A stretch of 64,000 nt of DNA from an uncultured cyanobacterium (GCA_963793425.1 CAWCAG010000005.1:1952001-2016000), one strand, 5' to 3'. Numbered from the stretch's first letter, positions 31,583 through 41,573 are shown. The notes: a model not told the origin generated them from the sequence alone. A program made the numbers and translations.

Positions 31583-32877
31583 ATGACAGAAAGGCCTGAT
31601 TCAGTTTCTCCAGATTCGGAGGTAGTTGGTAACAACAATTCTCATGGTGCAAATAATCAAGGTGATGAAGCCCAAGCCTCAGCCACAATTTTAGCTCGGC
31701 AAATGCCTGAAGGGCCTTTAGCAGTATTGCCCAACAATCAACTTATCTATCAAGGTGATCCTCTTAGTAAAGAAAAGGCTAATTCTTCTAAGTCTTGGAT
31801 TATTCTCACTGCCGTTACGGTGATGTTGGTAGGATTGTTTTTGAATAATACTTGGATTGGGCTTTCTGGCAGCTTAGTTGCTCTGTTAACTTCTTTGGGA
31901 GTAATTCTACCTCCAATCAAAACATGGCTGTCTGAGAACCTGAGAAGCACTGAAGGAGTCCAATTAATTGCCTTTGTGGGTTTTATACTGGCTTCAGCTT
32001 GTTTGTTTAAGTTTATTGGGGTTTACAGTGCCATTAGTAACTTATTGCTGCAAATCAAGTGGGATGAGTTTGGTTCATGGGCAGAATGGGTTGGTGCTTT
32101 AGGGCAAATTTTAATTGCTGTTTTGGCCGTTTATGTAGCTTGGCAGCAGTATGTGATTTCTAAAGATTTAACCATTCGCCAAAATACCATTACCCAACAA
32201 CAAACCATTGATGCTTATTTCCAAGGTGTCTCGGATTTGGCCCTGAATGACGAAGGATTATTGGAAGATTGGCCCCAAGAAAGGGCGATCGCAGAAGGAA
32301 GGACTGCAGCAATTTTAAGTGGTGTAGATTCTATGGGGAAAGCGAAGATTTTACGTTTTCTTTCCCAATCTAGGTTACTTACTCCTTTAATGCGCGATCG
32401 CCATTTAGGAAGACCAATTTTGGATGGTCAAGGTGGTTACGCAGAAGATCGTAGTTATGGTATTCGGGTAATTAGTTTAGGAGTTGTTTTAGCCGGGGCT
32501 GATCTGTCTAAAACAGATTTACGTTGGACAGATTTAAGCGAAGCAAATATGGTGCGTGCCAACTTGGCAGGTTGCGATCTAGTTAAAGCTAATCTCTGTC
32601 GCACGGTATTATACGAGGCCAATTTAGCAGGGGCTGATGTTAAGGGGACACGCTTTTTTTACGGCTCTATTAAAAGCGCTACTCCTCGTAGTCGTACCTC
32701 TGGCCCAATTATAAAACCGGAGCTTGCACAGGTACAGTAATAGAAAAAGCTAACCTCGCTGGGGTAAAAAGAATGAGTGCCGACCAACGCTATTATTGTT
32801 GCGCTTGGGGAGGAGAAAAAACCAGGGCAACTATTCCTGGAGGTTGTGAGGGAATTCCTAATAAGTTGGGGAGATGA
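31583..32877 (+). CDS. Membrane-anchored pentapeptide repeat protein, frameshifted near 32705
   Basis: TM region plus ADLS/ANLA repeats. The C-terminus NYKTGACTGTVIEKANLAGVKRMSADQRYYCCAWGGEKTRATIPGGCEGIPNKLGR* continues in another frame. Confidence 0.85.
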
Positions 32878-32949
32878 GAGGGGAAGTAATTAAGTAACAA
32901 GTTAAGAACTTACTATTACTTGTTACCACTAGCAACTAGCCATTAGCCA

Positions 32950-34239
32950 TTAGCCATTATTAATTTCATTCCATTCTTCTGCCGCATCTTTAACTGCATC
33001 CTTGACAGTTTTCTTTTCTAACATTGCTGCTTGTAAGTTTTCGTAAATCAACTTTTGGAGGCTGTTGAGATTCTTCATTGCTGGTACTAAAACCTTGGCA
33101 TCATCAATTTGTTTAGCACTTACTTTGCGGGCATATTCCACAGAAGAAAGATTAGCTTCTTTTCCAGTTTGAGAAATATATTCTTCAATTCCTTCTTGGG
33201 TGGAAGGTAAAACGTTGGCTGCTTTAGCGAAGGCTAATTGGTTTTCTGTATTGGTGACAAAAGTTGCAAAATCTATAGCTTTTTTTGGTTTGCTAGTATC
33301 GCGGGGAATGACTAGATTCATCACTGCCACATTCTTTAAGCCAGTTTCTCCAGTGATTTGGGGTGCAGAAGCTGAAACAGCAGAAATTGCTGGGGCATTA
33401 TTAGCGATCGCCTTTAAAAATTCTGCACCGGAAGAAAGCAAGGCGGTTTCTCCTGCTTGATAAAGTTCAATGGCGTAGCGATGTCCTTGGGTGAGGACTT
33501 CTTTAGGTAAAAGTTCTTGTTGATAAAGGTCTACCCAATATTGAAAAGCAGCTAAACCTTCTGGGGTATCAAAAGCAGCATTCCCTTCTTCGTCTACTAG
33601 CTTAACCCCCATTTGTACTAAAGATTCTAAGACTTCACCAGAATCATCGGGTGCAAAAGTAGCAAAGAAAGCATATTTACCTGTTTTGTCTTTAATTTGC
33701 TTAGCAAACTCAGCTAATTCTTCGTAGGTAGCTGGGGGTTTACTAACCTCGGCTTTTTCTAACAATTCTTGGTTATAAATAGTAACTCTGGTAGTTAAAT
33801 ACCAAGGAAAACCAAAACTAATATCTTCAATAGTGCTAGCTTGCCAAATATTTTCTAAGTAACTTTGTTTCACCTCTGGAGAAATGGCTTCATCTAAGTT
33901 TAACCAGGCATCCCGTGTGGCTAATTGAGAAGCAAAATTAGGATTGAGGTTGACTACATCAGGGGCATTTTTAGCTGATACAGCAGTGAGAATTTTACTC
34001 TCCATAGCCGACCAAGGTACATCTATCCATTTGACCTTGGTTTGAGGATTTTCTGCTTCAAAATCAGCGATTAAACCGTCAAAGTATTCGGTAAACTCTG
34101 GCTGTAGTTGCATTGTCCAAAACTCAAGTTCCTGCCCTGTTGCTGAATTTGGGCCAGGGTTACAGCTTATTAACCAGCTTATTAATAATCCCAATAGCGC
34201 CCATAAGCCCAGACGAGGGAGGTTTCGGATTTTGCTCAT
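32950..34239 (-). CDS. Sugar ABC transporter substrate-binding lipoprotein
   Basis: Lipobox LISC, FWTMQLQP, APDVVNLNP. Confidence 0.92.
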   Translation of the reverse strand: MSKIRNLPRLGLWALLGLLISWLISCNPGPNSATGQELEFWTMQLQPEFTEYFDGLIADFEAENPQTKVKWIDVPWSAMESKILTAVSAKNAPDVVNLNPNFASQLATRDAWLNLDEAISPEVKQSYLENIWQASTIEDISFGFPWYLTTRVTIYNQELLEKAEVSKPPATYEELAEFAKQIKDKTGKYAFFATFAPDDSGEVLESLVQMGVKLVDEEGNAAFDTPEGLAAFQYWVDLYQQELLPKEVLTQGHRYAIELYQAGETALLSSGAEFLKAIANNAPAISAVSASAPQITGETGLKNVAVMNLVIPRDTSKPKKAIDFATFVTNTENQLAFAKAANVLPSTQEGIEEYISQTGKEANLSSVEYARKVSAKQIDDAKVLVPAMKNLNSLQKLIYENLQAAMLEKKTVKDAVKDAAEEWNEINNG

Positions 34240-34410
34240 TTTTACTCAGATTAAGATGATCAATTATTTTAGTGGATATCCCAAAGCAACAGCATAGCCA
34301 TACTGTTCTAATAACATTATGACGTGCAAACAAAAGGACGTACAATAAGCAGCTATGTTGCCTAAATTCAAGTTAAAGGCAGCTTTTCAGTAAGAATATA
34401 GGTTGATTTT

Positions 34411-34668
34411 ATGAATTCTGATCGTCATCGTACCTACTGGCGGGCCAATATCGCTTTAATTAGAAACTTGTTAATAGTTTGGGCTTTAGTTTCTTTAGTG
34501 TTCGGTATTCTCCTCGTCCAACCCTTAAATAATATTCGCTTTTTTGGTGTACCTTTCGGTTTTTGGATCGCCCAACAAGGTTCAATTATTGTTTTTGTCG
34601 GGTTGATATTTATCTACGCTGTAAAAATGGATAAATTAGACCGCAAACATGACAACATTAAACATTAA
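34411..34668 (+). CDS. DUF4212 small membrane protein (solute symporter partner)
   Basis: YWRANIALI, PFGFWIAQQGS; directly upstream of an SSS gene. Confidence 0.9.
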   Translation: MNSDRHRTYWRANIALIRNLLIVWALVSLVFGILLVQPLNNIRFFGVPFGFWIAQQGSIIVFVGLIFIYAVKMDKLDRKHDNIKH

Positions 34669-34688
34669 ACATTTTATTGAAAATTATT

Positions 34689-36356
34689 ATGTCAGCAGTA
34701 GAAATTTGGACAACTTTATTTGTTGGTCTTTCTTTAATACTTTATGCCTATATTGGTTGGCGATCGCGGGTTAAGGATAGTAAAGGCTTTTTTGTGGCTG
34801 GGCAAAATGTCCCTGCCTTAGCTAATGGAGCAGCAACCGCAGCCGATTGGATGTCTGCGGCTTCATTTATTTCGATGGCGGGGTTAATCTCGTTTTTGGG
34901 TTACGATGGCTCAATTTATTTAATGGGTTGGACTGGGGGTTATGTCCTCTTAGCTTTGTTGCTAGCTCCCTATTTACGTAAGTTTGGTAAGTATACGGTT
35001 CCGGATTTTGTCGGCGATCGCTACTATTCTAATGGTGCTCGTTTAGTGGCGGTGGTGGCGGCGATTTTTGTTTCCCTAACCTATGTCGCAGGACAGATGC
35101 GAGGGGTGGGCATCGTCTTTAGCCGCTTTCTGCAAGTCCCTGTGGAAACTGGGGTTGTCATCGGCATGATCATTGTTGGTTTCTTTGCTGTGTTAGGAGG
35201 TATGAAGGGCATCACTTGGACTCAGGTGGCTCAATACTGCGTCTTAATTGTGGCTTACTTAATCCCAGCAATTGCTTTAGCTTGGATGCTTACAGGCAAT
35301 CCTGTCCCTCAATTAGCCTTTACTTTCAGCGACATCGCCGACAAACTCAATGCCGTTCAAACAGATTTAGGTTTTGCTGAATATACAGCCCCCTTTGCCA
35401 ACAAATCGATGTTGGATGTGTTGTTTATCACCATTGCTTTAATGGTAGGGACAGCGGGTTTGCCCCATGTGATTGTCCGTTTTTACACCGTCCCTGATGT
35501 ACGTGCCGCCAGGTTTTCGGCGGGTTGGGCTTTACTATTTATCGCCATTCTATACACCACTGCCCCAGCTTTGTCAATGTTCGCCCGCTATAACTTAATT
35601 CAATCTCTCCACGACAAGCCTGTAGAAGAGGTACAACAATTAGATTGGGCAACTAAATGGCAGGCGACGGAATTATTACAATTTGAGGATAAAAATGGTG
35701 ATGGACGTTATCAATTAACCCCGGATGAAACCAGCAATGAAATTATTATTGATCGGGATATTATTGTCCTTTCTACCCCAGAAATAGCTAAACTCGCCCC
35801 TTGGGTAATTGCCTTAGTTGCTGCCGGAGGTTTAGCGGCTGCCCTTTCTACGGCTTCGGGCTTATTACTGGTGATTTCTAGTTCCATCGCCCACGATATT
35901 TATTATCGTATTATTAACCCCGAAGCATCGGAAACAAAACGAGTTTTTGTCGGCAGAATTATGGTGGGTTTTGCTTTAGTTATTGCCGGGTATTTTGGCA
36001 TCAATCCCCCCGGTTTTGTCGGGCAGGTAGTCGCCTTTGCTTTTGGTTTAGCCGCAGCAAGTTTCTTTCCTGCTATTTTCCTGGGCATCTTTGATAAACG
36101 TACTAATTCTGAGGGTGCGATCGCCGGTATGATTATCGGTTTAGCTTTTACTACTTTTTATATTGTCGGTGTCAAATTCTTCAACATGGAACCCTGGTTT
36201 TTTGGTGTTTCAGCAGAAGGAATTGGCACTTTAGGAATGATGATTAATTTAATTGTCACCTTAATTGTTTCTCGCCTAACTCCACCGCCTCCCCAAGAAA
36301 TTCAAGACTTAGTAGAAGATTTGCGTACACCAGCAATCATTAACAAACAAGCATAA
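34689..36356 (+). CDS. Sodium:solute symporter (ActP-like cation/acetate symporter)
   Basis: ADWMSAASF, GTAGLPH, AALSTASG. Confidence 0.92.
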   Translation: MSAVEIWTTLFVGLSLILYAYIGWRSRVKDSKGFFVAGQNVPALANGAATAADWMSAASFISMAGLISFLGYDGSIYLMGWTGGYVLLALLLAPYLRKFGKYTVPDFVGDRYYSNGARLVAVVAAIFVSLTYVAGQMRGVGIVFSRFLQVPVETGVVIGMIIVGFFAVLGGMKGITWTQVAQYCVLIVAYLIPAIALAWMLTGNPVPQLAFTFSDIADKLNAVQTDLGFAEYTAPFANKSMLDVLFITIALMVGTAGLPHVIVRFYTVPDVRAARFSAGWALLFIAILYTTAPALSMFARYNLIQSLHDKPVEEVQQLDWATKWQATELLQFEDKNGDGRYQLTPDETSNEIIIDRDIIVLSTPEIAKLAPWVIALVAAGGLAAALSTASGLLLVISSSIAHDIYYRIINPEASETKRVFVGRIMVGFALVIAGYFGINPPGFVGQVVAFAFGLAAASFFPAIFLGIFDKRTNSEGAIAGMIIGLAFTTFYIVGVKFFNMEPWFFGVSAEGIGTLGMMINLIVTLIVSRLTPPPPQEIQDLVEDLRTPAIINKQA

Positions 36357-36360
36357 TCTC

Positions 36361-36493
36361 GTAGGGTGGGCAAATAAACCGTGATCTTTGGGTAACTCAA
36401 TTACAAAATTGCTTTGCCCACCTAATAACTATGGTGGGCAAATAAACAATCATCTTGGGCATGACTAATAACGAAAGTATTTTGCCCACCCTA
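36361..36493. repeat. Tandem GTAG-type REP-like hairpins (GTAGGGTGGGCAAA...TTTGCCCACCCTAC)
   Basis: Two consecutive GGTGGGCAAA/TTTGCCCACC pairs; degenerate relative at about 50952-50975. Confidence 0.8.
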
Positions 36494-36517
36494 CTTTTTT
36501 TGTTGCTGAGTTTCTCG

Positions 36518-36754
36518 CTATTTTTGAAAGTTAGTGATAATTTCGCTAATTCCTTTAAGCAATACTCGGCAAAAGTAAGCTAAGGCGAGAATAGTTATTA
36601 TGGTAGAATCGCTGTTGAAATTTGGCAAATCAGCAGGAGTTTCTGTTAGTAAGTTGGGGTCTTGATTAGTTAAAGTGTTGGCAGTTTCTTCAGAGATGAA
36701 AGTGATTTCTCTGGTTTGGTTATAGTGAATGATTTCTGTTTGAGTTTGTAACAT
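36518..36754 (-). CDS. Small hypothetical protein with C-terminal hydrophobic helix
   Basis: 78 aa, strong AAGGAG RBS, TIITILALAYFCRVLL segment. Confidence 0.7.
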   Translation of the reverse strand: MLQTQTEIIHYNQTREITFISEETANTLTNQDPNLLTETPADLPNFNSDSTIITILALAYFCRVLLKGISEIITNFQK

Positions 36755-36838
36755 CTTTTTCTCCTTTATTTGCTAACTAGCTTAGAAATAAATTGTTAGT
36801 TTGACTAGTGAAATAAAGAGAGTTAAGCAGACGTAATC

Positions 36839-36926
36839 TAGCCAGATAGCCAGAGTTAGCCAGAGTCAGCCAGTCAGCCAGAGAATCAATTCTCTGGCTG
36901 AAATATTAAGTCCGTTTAAACGGACT
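36839..36926. repeat. Five direct AGCCAG repeats, one inverted copy and an 18-bp palindrome
   Basis: TAGCCAGA TAGCCAGAGT TAGCCAGAGT CAGCCAGT CAGCCAGAG-AATCAATT-CTCTGGCTG; AGTCCGTTTAAACGGACT at 36909-36926. Confidence 0.85.
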
Positions 36927-36954
36927 GGTTATTTGTTTGATTTACAGAACTATT

Positions 36955-37021
36955 GTAGGTTGGGTTAGGCTACAAAATATCTAGAGAAAAACATGATAAC
37001 TTTGTCTTGCCGTAACCCAAC
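36955..37021. repeat. GTAG-type REP-like hairpin (GTAGGTTGGGTTA...TAACCCAAC)
   Basis: 9-bp inverted repeat preceded by GTAG. Confidence 0.7.
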
Positions 37022-37151
37022 AAAACCTCAAAGCAAAAAGCGAACTTTTTTTATCCTATCCTCACAGAAAATACCTCTAAGCAGAAGCAAGTAGAAGGAA
37101 AGAGAAACAAGGTGAAATGACCTTGCAAAGCTTGGTTAAGTAGCAAATAAT

Positions 37152-38036
37152 ATGCTTATTGAAACCAAAGTTATTTTTGCTTATAAAACCATGACACTAT
37201 CAATTTATCTCGAACAGGAAGAAGCTTTCTTAGAAGCAATGGCGACTCGCTTCGGATTTCAAGGTAAGGCGAGAATTGTTTTTTTGCAACGCTTTCTTAT
37301 GGCTAATAACGATTTGAACAATCAAAACTTAGCGGAAATTGTTGCTACTGATTTAATTGTGGGGACAAAAAGCGGTGATGCGGCACGTATTTTTAAAGAT
37401 TATTTGAATAAAACTATTTGTCCGCAATTAGCTAAAGAGGGTTGTGATTTTGGTGAGGCGACAAAGGGGAAGTGGAAGATTGCCCAACATTGGTTACAAG
37501 GAGAAGTTTTTCCTCAATGGCAAGCAAAACAACCATCTCTTCCTGTGACAATTAAACAACTTTGGCATCGCTTAGTAGATTTGGCTAAGCCAGGTTTAAA
37601 TATGGGACCAGTTTTAGCGACAGATATTTTGAATATGTGGGGAGAATACGAAGACTGTGTACCCTTGGGGAGTTCTATTAAGTTTGTGGTAAACTTACCT
37701 AATCCAGGTTATTTAATCTTATTAGAACAAGCTACTTCCGGAGATATTTATTGTTTATCTCCTTCGTTTTTTGCGCCGCGACCAAAGTTTCCGGCAGGGA
37801 AAGTTTCTTTGCCGCAATCAGGGGTATCGCGAAAGGCATTTAGAATTACTGGCAACCCTGGTACAGAGAAAGTTGTGGCGGCGATTATGCCAGGAAAGCC
37901 AGCTTTGAGTTGGTTGTTGGAAGGGGAAAGGAAACCTTTAATAATTAGGGAAAGTCATCTACAAGATTTGTTGTTTTGTTTGCAAAAAGAAAAAGCAGCA
38001 AAGATTTTTTATACGGAATATACAGTTACAGCTTAG
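37152..38036 (+). CDS. DUF4384 domain protein with N-terminal helical (possibly HTH-like) domain
   Basis: C-terminal GYLILLEQATSGDIYCLSPS...LP...G.EKVVA pattern; alternative start at 37191. Confidence 0.8.
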   Translation: MLIETKVIFAYKTMTLSIYLEQEEAFLEAMATRFGFQGKARIVFLQRFLMANNDLNNQNLAEIVATDLIVGTKSGDAARIFKDYLNKTICPQLAKEGCDFGEATKGKWKIAQHWLQGEVFPQWQAKQPSLPVTIKQLWHRLVDLAKPGLNMGPVLATDILNMWGEYEDCVPLGSSIKFVVNLPNPGYLILLEQATSGDIYCLSPSFFAPRPKFPAGKVSLPQSGVSRKAFRITGNPGTEKVVAAIMPGKPALSWLLEGERKPLIIRESHLQDLLFCLQKEKAAKIFYTEYTVTA

Positions 38037-38106
38037 TTTTTCTAGGGCAGGTAACTAATTTTGTTTGTGTTGAAGTACTAATTATTTTAAATCAGAGATT
38101 AAAGTT

Positions 38107-41100
38107 ATGAGTGAACGGGAAATAAATGAGCAACGCTACCAAGAATATCTGCAATTGATTGGTGAATTGTTGCAATGTGATGATGGTAAAGAAAGTGAAA
38201 TCTTGGAAGCGAATCAAGATTTATTGGATGCAGATTTTTTAACTGTAGTAGAACAGGTTGCCAATTATTTAACGAAAGAAGGAAAGGAAAATAATGCTAA
38301 CTGGTTGCGTAACTTTGCTGCAAAATTGAGAGGAGAGACAGAAACTAATCCTTGGGAAGAGTTAAATCAACAGGTATTACGACTCTATCAACAAGGACAA
38401 TACAACGCCGCTATACCTTTAGCAGAACAAGCACTCGACTTAGCTAAACAAACTTGGGGAGAAAACCATCCTGATGTAGCTACTAGCCTCAATAATTTAG
38501 CCTGGTTATACAAATCTCAAGGAAGATGGAGTGAAGCAGAACCTCTTTACCTGAATGCTTTACAACTAAGGAAAAAACTATTAGGAGAAAACCATCCTGA
38601 TGTAGCTACTAGCCTCAATAATCTAGCCTTGTTGTACGAATCCCAAGGAAGATGGAGTGAAGCAGAACCTCTTTACCTGAATGCTTTACAACTAAGGAAA
38701 AAACTATTAGGAGAGAACCATCCTGATGTAGCTACTAGCCTGAATAACTTAGCTGGCTTGTACAAATCCCAAGGAAGATGGAGTGAAGCAGAACCTCTTT
38801 ACCTGAATGCTTTACAACTAAGGAAAAAACTATTAGGAGAGAACCATCCTGATGTAGCTACTAGCCTGAATAATTTAGCTGGCTTGTACAAATCCCAAGG
38901 AAGATGGAGTGAAGCAGAACCTCTTTACCTGAATGCTTTACAACTAAGGAAAAAACTATTAGGAGAGAACCATCCTGATGTAGCTACTAGCCTCAATAAC
39001 TTAGCTGGCTTGTACAAATCCCAAGGAAGATGGAGTGAAGCAGAACCTCTTTACCTGAATGCTTTACAACTAAGGAAAAAACTATTAGGAGAGAACCATC
39101 CTGATGTAGCTACTAGCCTCAATAATCTAGCTGGTTGTACAAATCCCAAGGAAGATGGAGTGAAGCAGAACCTCTTTACCTGAATGCTTTACAACTAAGG
39201 AAAAAACTATTAGGAGAGAACCATCCTGATGTAGCTACTAGCCTCAATAATTTAGCAATTTTGTATGCAGCCAGCGATCAGACTAAAAAAGCTTTCTCTT
39301 TAATGCAACAAGCAACCACCATAGAAAATAAGCTTATTAGTAACCTCTTCGCTGCTAGTTCCCAACAAACCCGTTTTGCTTACTTAAAAACAGTTAGAGG
39401 TAATTTTGAAGCTTTTCTCTCCCTGATCCTCAACCACTTAGCAGACAACAACGAAGCAGTAACCGCCGCCTTTAACTTAGTCTTGCAACGCAAATCTCTC
39501 ACTGCTGCTGCCTTAACTGCCCAAAACCAAGCCCTTTATAGTGGACGCTATCCCCATTTACAAAAGGAATTTAGCGAATTGCGTCGTTTAAGTGATGAAA
39601 TTGTCCAGTTGACTTTCGCGACTCCAGCAGAACAAAGCCATAACCAAACTAACTTAGTAGAGTTGCAACAGCAATACAATGAATTAGAAAGGCAACTAGC
39701 AACCCAAGTACCAGAAATTGCTTTGCAGGAACAAACCGTTAACCATGAAACTGTTCGGACTATTTTGCCCAGGGGAACTAGTTTAATTGAGTTTGTTTGT
39801 TTTAAAATCTTTGACTTTAAAGCCCCTGCTAAGGAAGAATGGCAACCTGCCCGCTACGTTGCTTTTATTGTTTCTGGTGGTAGCAAAACAATAGGCTTAG
39901 TAGATTTAGGAGTTGCTACAGAGATCGATAATTTAATTCAAACCTGTCGTCAATCTGTTGCTGTGGGGGGCAGGGTTTTAGAGATGTGGGATGAAGAAGC
40001 AACGGCAACATTTCCCTTCCGAATCTACAATCCCTCTACAGCAAAGGAACTCAGCCAAAAAATCTTTGCCCCCTTGGTTTTAGAATTAAAAGGACAAACT
40101 CAATTAATTTTTGCCCCCGACGGTGCTTTAAACTTGCTGCCCTGGCAAATTATGCCCCATCCTACTAACCCAGAAACCCTGTTGTTAGACAATTACCAAA
40201 TTAGCTATCTTAGTTGTGGGCGAGATTTGTTGCGATCGCAACTTAAAACAGAACGTCCCGTAGCCCAACCTCTAATCCTCGCCGATCCTGACTTTGACCT
40301 CGATAACTCCAACCCTGACAAAACTCCTGCCACCAGCTTGCTAGATAGCTTAGATGGAGTTTTTGCCCCTGCCCCCGGCACTCGCTATTTAGGGGAAAAG
40401 GTAGCGACGATGTTGGGAGTTAAACCTTGTTTAGGTAAGGATGCTGTAGCAACTCTGCTGACTAATCATAAAGCCCCTCGCATTTTACTGATTGCGACTC
40501 ATGGCTATTTTTCAGGGCTTAAACAGGTTGGGCATTATTGGCAGTTAATTATGGCTTTGTTAACTTCTCCCGACAAGGCAGATAGGATTTTAAAAAGTAA
40601 CCAAAACTTGTTAGATCAAGAGTTACTTACGCAAATGGCAGAAGCAGTAACTTTGCTTCAAGAAAGAGAACAAGAAAATGCTGCTCAATACCTAAGAAGT
40701 ATAACTGTCGCAATTACCGAACTACTGCAAAAATTACCTGAAGACAGACTCTCCAACGCCCCAGCAGAAAACCCGATGTTACGTTCTGGATTAGCTTTAG
40801 CGGGGGCGAACGCTTGGTTAAAGGGGCAACAACTTCCCCCACAAGTAGGTAAAGGTTTCCTCTTCGCCCAAGAGGTTGCGGGGTTGGATCTTTGGGGGAA
40901 TGAAATCACGGTACTTTCTGCTTGCAATACGGCTATGGGAGATATTCAAGTTGGGGAAGGAGTTTTCGGCTTGCGTCGTGCCTTCGCGGTTGCGGGGGCG
41001 AAGACTTTAATTATGAGTTTGTGGCCCGTTCCCGACAAAGCAACTGCCCTGTTAATGGAACAGTTTTTCAGCAATCTACAAGCAGGTTTAGGGAAAGGGG

Positions 41101-41297
41101 AGGCGTTACAAACCGCCCAAAACTACATCCGCAACATCACTGTTAAGGAGTTGCATCAGTCGGAGTTAGGGAAAGAGGTTTTAGAAGAGTTGTTGCAACA
41201 CAAAAAAGATGAGGTTAAGTACCAAGAAGATGATCTGCCCTTAAATCATCCTTTTTACTGGGGGGCTTGGGTTTGTCAAGGAGAGTATCAGATTTAG
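38107..41297 (+). CDS. TPR-repeat CHAT domain (caspase-like) protease, split by a 1-bp frameshift near 39133
   Basis: 42-aa HPDVATSLNNLA repeats; CHAT motifs APDGALNLLP, ATHG (His), LSACNT (Cys), SLWPV, HPFYWGAW. ORFs 38107-39183 and 39135-41297 join on restoring one base. Confidence 0.92.
38458..39257 (+). repeat. 126-bp tandem repeat array (six full units plus a partial seventh) encoding TPRs
   Basis: Unit starts at 38458, 38584, 38710, 38836, 38962, 39088 and 39213; the last spacing is 125 bp. Confidence 0.97.
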
Positions 41298-41305
41298 AGG
41301 CCAGG

Positions 41306-41476
41306 TAAGGCAAAGTTAATTTCCAAAGTTGTTTTTATGGCGATCGCAACATAGAGATGGGGAAGCTGGTTTGAAAACTCTCTGGCGAGGACTTTCTACC
41401 TTCTATCATCTACTCGAAGGAGTAAACCTTGCTTCCACATCTTAGTCTGGGCATACTTTTCTCCTACTTTGCCTTA
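41306..41476. mobile_element. 171-bp MITE-like element with 11-bp terminal inverted repeats and an internal stem
   Basis: TAAGGCAAAGT (41306-41316) / ACTTTGCCTTA (41466-41476); inner AGATGGGGAAGCTGGTTT / AAACCTTGCTTCCACATCT. Confidence 0.55.
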
Positions 41477-41503
41477 TAGACATCTTCGGAAAAGAGGGTT
41501 GAC

Positions 41504-41540
41504 TAATCTGCGGTAATTGAAAAGCAATCGCCGCAGATTA
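41504..41540. terminator. Stem-loop between convergent CHAT and acnB genes
   Basis: TAATCTGCGG / CCGCAGATTA. Confidence 0.6.
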
Positions 41541-41573
41541 ATTCAGCAACGTCAGGGAGAGAAGTTAAATAAC

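Noticed and set aside
36361..36493. Mini-CRISPR from the repeated GGTGGGCAAATAAAC
   Set aside because: Copies pair with inverted partners to form REP-like hairpins; only two units and no cas genes.
38458..39257. Repeat array as a CRISPR array or DGR target
   Set aside because: Units are contiguous 126-bp coding repeats with no unique spacers. There is no cas or reverse transcriptase gene in the window, and the differences are not adenine-specific.
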